Of a stretch of 64,000 nt of DNA, positions 51,201 through 62,000 are shown piece by piece. Origin of the DNA: Raillietiella orientalis (lineage: Eukaryota); assembly GCA_036172245.1 (NCBI GenBank), contig JAYWIR010000038.1:1426001-1490000 (forward strand), written 5' to 3'. The notes under the pieces were generated by a model. That model had not been told where the DNA came from. It saw only the letters and a list, made by a program, of their open reading frames with translations, and did no database searches. Each line of letters starts with the position of its first letter. The stretch's first letter is position 1. The position numbers and the translations under genes are program-made.

Positions 51201-54200
51201 GCAGCCTTGGGACGACTAGCAATCCGTGGTACTCCTCTGCACTCCCCAAATTTCGGAAGATCCACGGATGTTCACTTTCTGCTGTTCTCGAAAGGAAAGA
51301 AATGAATTCCTAGGAAGCACGCGTTTCCTGAAAAGCAAGGACCAGTATCGAAGGAAAATGAGTGGATGAAAGAATGGCTTTAAGTCGTCAGCGTCCACAC
51401 GAGAAAGCCCAAACATCTACCGAGGAGAAAGAGAGTGATAAAGTATCTTCTTAAGGCCAAAGTCCTTTCAAGAAACTGCCAATGCAGGAATGGAAGTCAG
51501 AGAGCGATTAGGGCAGTGCAAGAATTCGGCTCCAAGCACGCTTTACCGGCGTCGCCACCTGTCCACTTTTGCCGCCGACCTTTGAAAAAAAAAAGTTCAC
51601 GCGCTTTCCGTGTTCCTGAAGGAATCACAGTGGCCACGCGAAAAGTGAAGCCTTCCGGTCACTATGCGAGGCTTTAGATGCAGACTGCACTCTTTGCACT
51701 GGTCAGTGATTAGTTCGTTACCACAACATGACAGCCAATGACGTAAGATGGGGACCACGGAATTACATGTCATCATTTGCATGTACGTATCAAATAAGAC
51801 TTTCGCATGATTTGCGTATTGTATCGTATAATACAAATCAAGCGACGACAGAGTGTGCTCGAAACGTATGAAAGGAGTGCTCGCGGCACTGGATTACTAC
51901 TACTCTTTGGATTACTACTGCTTTTGTACTGATGAATAAATGATTTCGTCTTGCCTCAGGGAAGCTGTTTTTTAACCGACTGTGCCAGCTGTAATGATCT
52001 TCTGTGTATACGCCTCGTTTTCGGGAGTGAGATCCGGTGTGAAGGTGCAAACACCTTGAAAACTGGATGCATCTTATACCGTGTGGCTGCTAGGAAATCC
52101 GATCCACACTTGAGACCTCCGCAAACCACCGCAATGGAAGAGCAGCAGAACCTGGGCACACCGGCCAACGGGCGAAAAGGCTACCTCGCTGGCTTGTTTC
52201 CATGGTTTTCGAGTGGACATCCGGGTGCCATCCGGCAACGCGCGAATCGCAAGAAACTCCTCCTCGAACTGAGCTTGTAGGCCATACTCCCCACTCCCAA
52301 GGAAAGTGGGAACGGCAGGCTTGTCTTGAGCGCGCCACCAGTAGGGACTTTCCGATCGGGCATGTTTCCCCCCTCCCCCCTCACCTCACCCCAGAAAAAA
52401 ATGAAAACTGCCGGTACGAAAATTTGTTCCTTTCTTTCTTTTTTCCATGTTCAGAACAAACACTGGCGCCACCTTGCTGCACATGCTTCTATCGTAATGG
52501 CATGAAGGAATACTTGGGAATATCCTGCTTTACAAACGATTCAGAGATCCCTACGAATCTACCGGCGAACATAACTCGATTGTGAGTAAATACGATTTCA
52601 TTTTGCGCAGTGGATGAAGTCACCATTTGGTACCTTTGCAGTAACCCTGACCCTTCCACCTTTCCCGCCATCTCGCAACGAGACGCCTTCTGGACAAAGA
52701 CAAAATGCGCCTAAGAATACCGTGTGACTGTAAGCTGACAGATTGCTGAGATTCTGTTCCCTGAAATTCTCGCACCGAAGGTTGAAACGTGACTGGTCAG
52801 GGCGCTTGCCGTCTTCGGCGGTCGCCGTGTCAGTTCTGTCTGCTAGGTTTTGCGAGTGGACGGAACCGTTCCCAGAGCACGTTTGCTTCCTCTCGCGGCA
52901 CCCACGTGCCACCGAGCCGAAACACCTCAAGAGCACGGATGTGCTCCGTGACTTTTTTGCACTGCGCCTCTTGAGAAACACCGCCATATGCCAACAGCAT
53001 AACGTTTTCGTTCCGTAGCTTACCGCGCACCGTACTGACTTGTACGGTTGTACGGTTTGTCTATAGGAGAAGAATTGCGTGCCGGTAATACAACTGCGTT
53101 GCTCGTAAGTAGTTTGTCCCTGCTTTGAAATTGCTTCCCTCTGAAGTTCCATCGAGTATATGCTTCCGCAAAGGCGGCTAGGAAATTACGTTTTCATTCC
53201 TTTTCGGTGCGTGAATCACTCCTTGCTATCATTTCGTGATGCTCCGGAAGCTCCGTGACGGGAGTATGACCACTGCTCTCAGCGGAAATTCTGAACCCGA
53301 GTACCAACGGATAGAACCACTTTCCTCAAGACACAACACTTCCTTGCCACCATCGGTTCCTCAAGGCGCTCTTTAGAGATTCATTGACTTGTTTGAAACT
53401 CTTAGCGTCTGAACCCGTGTCACGTCTGAACTAGTCACCTGGTAATCAGTCGAACGGTCTGGAAATACGTGAAGGAATCCGGAGCAGAGATCACTGCTGG
53501 CCGTTGTTTCGAGCTTGCGACTGGTGAAGGACTGATCTACTGAGGGCTTTCAAGGATGGGGGAATGCCTTGCGGTCGGAAAGTGTGCCCAGCCTGCTGGT
53601 TTGAGCGTTGGCGTTTGGTAGGGGCGAAGGTCGCTCCGTTCCGTGTTCCTCTCAGGTCTTTCAGCTGACATGTGCTTACTATGGTAGATCTTATCAACAG
53701 GTGATGACTTCCATCCTTCTGTGATCAGGATATGCATATCTTTTGGTCTTTCTGAAAGTTGGAATGATGCTCATGAGAATGTCCTTCTTGAGGTGCGATA
53801 CACTCGTTCCTGAACCGTTCCCATAGAGAAAACGCATGACCCAGATTCCCAGTTCACCCCATCCCTGCATTACACACCTCAAGAAAGAGCCGTTTTGATG
53901 AAAACAAACAAACTCTGGTTCCACCAAGCTTTGTCCGTCTCCTAGGAGGAAGTCGGAGCCAATGGGAAGGCGTGGGCTGTAGGTTGGATGCAATGCTATG
54001 TCGATACCGCGTGCACATGAAAGGTTGGGACCGCCTCTCCTTCAAAGTTTGCAGCATCCCGATGTAAAATGACCTACTCTTCATTCTGACGGATGCATTC
54101 GAATCGAATCACTATTTCTGATGACAGCGTAAAACATGTGGCGGGTCTTCCTTTTACTTGTGGTACTGAGGGAGAACACAATTCATCATCTTCACAACAC

Positions 54201-56012
54201 CCATAAAGTGTTAAGGGAAATGGCTTCAAGCATTCCGTGGGCTGCAATCTTTTGAGCTGTACGAGAAGGCTTGAAGAACACTTCCCTTGCGTGGTTTCCA
54301 TGGCTTCTGCCCTTATGCCAGTAATTTTTAGAGTCGCTGTTTCAGAAGCTTCACTTTAGTCTTGTCGCAGTCCAACTACTACGTCATGTGTGATTGCATT
54401 TAGTGATTACGTTCTAATGACCAGCAAGGCTGGCGCCAAGTCGTATTCCTCTTAGGTGGATTTCCCAACGGCTCAGAGCAAATTGTCCGTGGAACAGTCA
54501 GTCTGCTGCTTCCGGCACAGACTCCTTAGTTCTTACGGCTGCTTTCCTGTTGTTTTCACTGCTTCATTCACGTGGAAATCTTACTGCTGACAGAGCGAAT
54601 TTCGCGTTCTCATGCCTTTCCTTGCACAGAATATGCACCATCTGTCGTCAGTAGTTGAGCTGAAGTTCAGTTGCTTGTTACTTTATTCATTGCAGTCTCC
54701 AGGAGGGATAGGCAGCCTGCCACGTCACATAAGCTACATTCGAAGTCATGCAGCTTCGTGATGATAGAGCTTAGATAAGCATCCAGAATTCCTTTCATAC
54801 ATCTGGGAATCCTCCAGTGACCAAATCAGTCCGTGGTCACAAAGGTTTGGCAACTCTGAGAAATCGTGCAACACCACCTAGGATAGTTTGTATCTCGAAG
54901 ATGGCTGCAGCGACTTTGGTTGGAATCTGCAACCAAAGCTAATCTTTCCCTCTTGGGGAGGGGGGGAAGGTGTTCCTGTGTCAAAATGTTTCTGATTGTT
55001 CAAGAACTTTCACTTTCTGGGGCATGAGAGTAACGAAAAATAGGTCTGCGAGCGTGTAAGTGTTCTCTCATCTGACAAATCATCACACTATCTAAGAATA
55101 CACCACACTTTCCTATTTGGCGGGACTTTTGTTTCAAGATACGCCACGACTTTCGAGGCCCTCTTGGGTAGAGGTCTTCCCTTAGTGACTTAGTGATGCT
55201 GGAAAAATCAATGTGTAGCGGACAAGAAACCAGCATAGCGTGCAGAGATCTACGATAGCTGGAAGGTAGCCGAGAGGAAGGAAAGTTTGATGACACATTA
55301 AGCGATTCAGTTTACCGTTCACCTTATTTTGTTCTTAAATACAAAGAATGAATGTGGGAAGATGACAAACCCGCTGCATAGGCGCGTACGCAATGGAAGG
55401 CGAAAAAAAAAAAAAAGCTATTCGTTCGTTCTTAACGCCACTGATTCCTAATTGGCAACAGTGATGAGTGCATCTATCCGTTACAGATCTATTCACACGA
55501 CAAATCGTCTTCAGTTAAGGGATAATAGCTTCGAAAATTTTACCACGTTAGAAATACTGTAAGCACAGTTCCTTGCTGTTTCACAAGCTAATGCCATTTG
55601 CGTCAGATCTCTGATAAGAAATCGAATAGCTCATCTGCCTCCCAAAGTCCTGCACCCTCTGAGGAGCCTCAGAATCCTGTAAGTGTTTCATTGTCAATGA
55701 CGAAGGTTTGCATCTGGGGGAAAGATTTCTGGTTGGGAACAAGATACAATCTCTGCACCCTGCTCTGTTCTCTCGAAATGAGAACCTGAAGGAGGTGGTC
55801 CTGAGCAGAAACCTGTTGCACGCCCTCGACGCGAGCGTCTTCTCGCCTTTGAAGAGGATACACTCGATGTAATGCTTGCACAAGTTTGGGTTCTCTCCTT
55901 CTGTGACCTCCTTGTTTTGCAGAAACCTGAGCAAAAATCAGCTGACCCTGGTGAATGTGACCATACCTCCTCTGGCAAGTCTGAGACAATTGTGAGTATT
56001 CTTGAAGTTTAA

Positions 56013-56044
<32 letters not shown>

Positions 56045-59000
56045 ACTCACGCACGCACGCACGCACATGCGAAAATCCCGCGCAAATTTTACTGTAACCA
56101 TCTGGTCATTCGTCTTCACAAACACTCAGCACCGTCTTGTCGAAATTCCTTCCGCTCCTGTGTTCTCTTAGAAATTGCGCTCTCCAAATGGCATCCATCC
56201 TTAAGCATCCCGTCGTAAAAGAAGTGCCCCAGGCTCTTGCGAGCTTTGGGCACTTTTTTCAAGGGGTCTCTGCGCGAGGCAGCGAGTCCATCAATTAGGC
56301 GCATTCCACCTCGCATTAAAAAGGAATTCTTGCAAGACAGACATGAAATTGGCTCCTGAAGATTTAAAAGTGTGGTCTAGTCCAGTGTTAACCTTTCAAG
56401 ATCATCGCTTACTATTCACCACTTCATCACCTGGTTCGCCTTTCACTAGCTCCTGGCGCTAAACTATACCTGCTACTGGTAGTGGTTTATAGATTTTGTC
56501 TTGCATCTGCATTCAACCTGGAAAGGCACCGTGGGCTATCTAATAACGATTGAATTATTGGATCAAGCAGACCCCAGACATCTGTTTCATGCTGCTGTCC
56601 AAGTAGAGGTGCCTGTAGGATGCAACTGGTGGGAAACTCTCTTCGACGTTCCCTCTTAAAAGCGCTCCTTATCTCTGACACCGCAGGAATCAAATTTCTC
56701 GCAAGAGTAGGCATCATCGACTCATCTGATGATAAGAAGCTCTCCAGAGAAATGCCGTGGTCCTTACTGGCATCTGACTGTTTATTTTCTTCCCCGATCA
56801 AGTGCACGCATTGTGTGATTCCAAGCTGCAGTTGTGGTTTTCAGGATTGCTGCTTCTTCGATCGTTGAGGTTTCCTTGGTTGCTGCACTTCACGTGACCG
56901 AACGGAACGCAGCTCACGCCCTGCACACCTGCAGTGTTCTGCCACTTATAAATGACCCTGTAGCTCCGTCTGCCAAATTCATGGTGGTGTATTTCAAAAG
57001 CGCTCTTTGCAAAAGAGAGTTCTGTCTTCTGCATTCGTGAAAGCTGCTGGGGTCAGATGCTCCACGAACGCTTCTTTTCTGACCAAGTTACCGCATAAGT
57101 AAAGGTTCAGTTCTCTTTCACCTCAGATAGAAGCACGCCAATTTTCTCGATGAAAATGCTGGATGGTTAGCATCATTCATTAATCGAGGGGCTGTAGCAT
57201 TTGCAGCATCTTAGTGAGAATTGGAAGAATGTCCACTTGAAAAACACCTCTTGTTTCTTTTTTGGGGGTATGTTTGACCTTCTCTTCGAACAGTCTTTTT
57301 TCTCTCTTCCTTATCTTTTTTTTTCTTTCTAATTTAAAAAAGGCCTATTTTGGTGCCTTCGAGGGAGAAGCAATTCCAGTTGGCTGCATTCCTTCTCAGT
57401 AAAGGAATGGAGCCGAAGAATTCTTGTCACATCAAATCCCCACCGATTGGGATGTCGGAATCGTGATCTCAGTTGACCGACCAGACTATTCTGCTGATGC
57501 TTTACTCTCCTGATCTGTTTTCTTCGTACCACTTTGTAATTCTTTCCAAGTCTTCTTCCGAGAAGAATTGAGGGAGTGGTGCCTCTTGCGTGAACACCCC
57601 AAAAATTTCCATCCGTCTTTCCTTCTTGGTCTTGTCCTTCAAGTCTTCCATCTCCCCTGGAAGCTCCTTCGATGACGTTCGAGGACAAGGAGTCCTCTCT
57701 GCCAACGCTTCCTCATTTCGAGTACACTAAGTTGCGGTTTCTCTTGGCTGAACTCACAGCTGCCCTGGTTCACATAGTTTTCCACGAACTCTTCCGTTAT
57801 CTGCCGTCACCGCGAATTCTCGCCGAAGTCCTAGCAAAAGTAAGTTGCAGACCACAGAGGTCACGAAATAATTCAGCTGGGTCGTGCATCAAAATACGGT
57901 CCCCCACCCACGATCTTATTGAGATATTCCTCCCCCCTCCCGCCCCCATGGCAATCTGGCGATTCTTAAAATGGGGAGGAAAGGGAAAAGAAAATGTTTC
58001 TTCTTTTCATTTCCTCTTCTTGGAGTTTGGTCTCTTCGGTCGAGTCATGCTGATTTCGAAAGAAAGTGCTTCTCTGGATTTCTAGCTGTTGCATCTCGTA
58101 TTTTCACAATCTGCCCTATCCTTCCCTCAAAGAAGCAATCGAAAAAGTGACTACCTCTTTGGTCTTGCTGTGACAAACTGGTTGGCGACAAATGACAGCT
58201 GCTGTCGCGACTCTCTGATGAGTGACGGCACTGTTCTGGAGCAACAGTAAACTCATCAGCAGGGACTGCGAGTGTTCGAAGAGCATCGCGAGTGAGGACG
58301 CGGGTAGAGACTGAAAGCGAGGCATTCACGCCTCGGGGGAGACGGAGGCAGCGAAACTGACCAGCACCGTCCCGATTCCAGGAAGGAAAGCGTCTGCATT
58401 CCTCGGTTCCCTTGAAGGTACACCGGGAGAGCCACCTTCCCCCAAGCAGCGACTGATGGGGATGCTCCCTACCATGGCTGTGCTGCGGCACGGCATCTCC
58501 TGCGAGGGCCGAGGTGGATCTTCAATCCACCACCACGTTTTCTTGATGCAAAATTCTCTGAAGGATAGGAGAGGAGGGGTCCACCCCAGTGCGATTTCCT
58601 CCTTCCGGATCATGTGGATAGGAAGAAACTCTGCTACTCGCAGTAGAAACTCGCGCTGAGGTGCAGAGCGTCCCCTGTGCTCCTAACTCCGAGGAAGCGG
58701 AAGGAGGCTTTTGCCACTCGGGAAGCATCCCTGCGTGGAGGGAGTCCGCGAGCGGTTTCGAAACGACCATTCCCCTCTTTGCTTCGCATCCGCACAGTAC
58801 CGCTTCCCCCTTCAGGGTAGGAAGGTCGAAGGTGGCAGACAGACGTTGCTCTGTCTTCGTACTAGGAGCATCTGAGGCTCCCATCCGCCATCCCTCTTCC
58901 CACGCGATGGCTTTTTCCATCCCACCTGCCGTGGAGACTTCCTTTCCAAATTTCCCTTTCACCCTTTGAGGACTCCTTTCAGATGAAGGTTGAACCAGAT

Positions 59001-62000
59001 AGGACTCGATCATTGGCAGGGAAGGAGGGGAGAGAGACAGTGATGGGAAGGGAAAAGAACGAGCGGGAAAAAACGAAGGACGGAAAGTGGAAAAGATCGA
59101 ACTCTTCGCCAATCGGGCTGCTGGAGGTTCTCTCTTTCATCAGCTTCCCTTACTCTTTGCCTAGGAGCCTGTCGTACAACCGCATCAGGGTCATCTCGAG
59201 GTCGCTGCTCGTGGAGAACCGCCGGACCCTCTACATGCTGTGAGTAGAGTAAAGCTTAACCTGCGGTCCTTCTTCCTCTCCTCATCCCTTCTTACTCCTT
59301 CTCGTCCTTCCCCTCCGCACCCGCCCGCACACACGCACGGTGCCGTTCCTTCCCAAGGGATCTGGGAAACAACCTGATCTCCTACATAGAAAAGGACGCT
59401 CTTCCTCCCAGCTTGGGAAACCTGTAAGTATTGATCGATGTTTCCCCTTTGGTTGGTTGTCGGGATTCCTCGTCGCGACTTCCGAGGAGGGGAAAAGCTC
59501 TTTGCCGTTCCTCCCACAGGAAGTTGTCCTACAACAGACTGAGGAATCTTTCGGAGGACCTGTTCTGGAACCTCTTCCAGCTGAAGGAGCTGTAAGTTAC
59601 CGAGCAAGGGGATGGAGGGTGATGTGGCTGCTTTTATCTGGGGAGAAGAAGGGAGGAAGAGAGAGGGGGACTTTCGCTCTCGCATCACTAGGGGTGTGCG
59701 ATACCCCAGTGGGTTGCTCCCATCGGGGAGGTTTCTTTGCCGAAAGTCATCGGTGTCCCCAACAGCGCTGCGTCTCCATTTCGACCTCCTCAGTCCCGGT
59801 TATCCTTGGCTTCTTCGTGGTTTTCTTTGCCGCTTCGCACGTCCCCTCCGCTCGCTGTGTTACACAAGCAGCGGAGGTATAGAGGTTGGGACCTGCACGA
59901 GGGTGGGCGCTGCCAGACGACCAGATGCCTCGCTTCCTCCAAAGAGTACACCTCTCTATTCCTGGAATGCTCTCACTTCGACGGCTGCAGGACTCGATGA
60001 GACGGGAATGCTCAGTTCGTCGACTGCCTTCTGGCCGCTTCCGAAGCGTATTCAAGTTCCGGGTTCATCTTCCCGGACTCCGTTTGCCCAGAAACACAAG
60101 CTCTTCTCATCGGTAGGCTTCTTGTTCATGTGTCAGCGTCCCTGATATCCTTCGGCCACTTTCCGAAAGAGCGTTTGGATACGAGACAAAGTGTGAGGCA
60201 GTTGATACCCTAGGGTATGCGAGAGACTCACGGGCTGTTGAGGCTGCTTGTACTGGCACACAACTCGAAGACGGATGGGTTCCATTGCTGTTGATTAACA
60301 GTTGCTTTGGCACCTCGAGTGCCGCAATTTCTTACTTTTGGACGCTTCTGAGAAGGACTCTCGGCCGTTCAAGACAATCTTCACGTCAGGGAAGATGACG
60401 AGATGACGTATTGCGACATGGCTCAGGGGCGGTTCGGACTGATCTTCGGAACGAATCCGAAAACGTGGCTCGCATTGCGCACCTTTCTTTTCTTCTTCCT
60501 CAAGCCACTTGCTGCAAATTTCCATTCGCGTCCTTCAAGATGAATGGGTGGAAAGTAGAGGTTTCTAGGAGACTTGGAACGAAAGGGTTCACGCCGAGAC
60601 TCCCTTATAATGAGTATAGAGAAGCTGGTAGACTCCATAAATACCCAAGGTGCTTCATCAGAGGCAGCCATCATCTTATCATATTCAATTTTCGTCCTCT
60701 GAGGACTGTTTTTCTGAAAGATAGAACTGCTCTTTCTATTAACGAAAGAACTTCTGAAGCGCAGAAGTTTGGAAAAGAGAGACCATTGGAAAAGAGAAGG
60801 AAGCAGCTCTATCCAGATGGAGTGTGTCATCTTTCTGGAAGTTCTCCCGATCACGGAATGGGATTCTGGATATGGTTAGCAGGCAGCTACCCAGTCCACA
60901 GTGACTTTGAGCGGAAGACCCGGGAAATTCCGGCTCACCCCCAAAATAGATGCGACTCACGGAGATGCTGGTCAAGCTGAGCGTGAGAGCAGAATCAGGA
61001 ACTGGCAGACGAACCGGTCTGTGCTCCTCGACACGACTACTCCTTGATAGAATGAAGCAGAGACGAAGCAAGAGATCTACTGAGACCAGTGGAGAAAAGT
61101 CTGAGCAGTCGGAATTCCTTCCGCCAGGATTTCTTGAACAACAGATTTCTCCAAGTTGGAGGAGAATCCAGGCAGGATCGAAAGGGTGGGAGTGAGTTCC
61201 GCTCAGGAGAAAAACGCACACCGTTCAAGTGGTTTGTAGGCAGATGAGTGAGATACCAATCCGAAGGAATGCACGAGCAGATCCAGCAAATTCGTATGTG
61301 AAGACATCTGAAGCGGCCCTCGCATTGTCTGCTGGAACTCGTCGAACACCGAGTTGAGTTCCACTCTGCAAAGAAGACAACAGCAGAATGAAAAGAGAGA
61401 GAAAGAGGATGTCGAACTCACTCTTCTGGAAAGAAACTGGCTTTTCCATTGGCGACTTGCCTCTGTCTCATCCCACCTCATCCCCGGTCCCTTGGGAGGA
61501 CGGAAGTTGCACTCCTCAAATCCTTCCAAAGTCATGGCTTCGGAGACAGATCTTCGGTTCCTGAACAAGAAAAGGAAGGATACTGGAAGATGAAGGAAGG
61601 AGGATGCATGAGAAAAATAAGCACGAAATTCCGTTGCTGTGGATGTAGTCGTCATCAGCTTCCCGCGATTTAATGAAGCTGACAAGAAGCGGACCTTCAG
61701 GCGGTATTCCCTCACTCTCTTGCTTCCCACAAGTGATCACCATAGAAATATCTCCACCGACACAATCGCTTTTGATTTCTCATTTCAGAGTGGGAGGATT
61801 TCTTGGTTTGCCTCCCAGAAGCTCTTTCCCATATCCGAAGTGAAAGCGGGAATAGTTCCTCTTCGATTTCTGCCGAACTGAGTCACCCTGCAGCACTTTT
61901 AGCAACACTTGACGTTCATTGAGCGCGCGAGTCTCAGGTGCTGCAATTCTCAAAGAACCTTCCTGTTGGAATTTCGGGATAAACTCTGATTTCTAAAATT

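Noticed and set aside
51130..51228. Alternative linker exon (DAGMDAFVSL...)
   Set aside because: Weak donor and no terminal Cys. The 49265-49333 exon has better splice sites and completes the N-cap.
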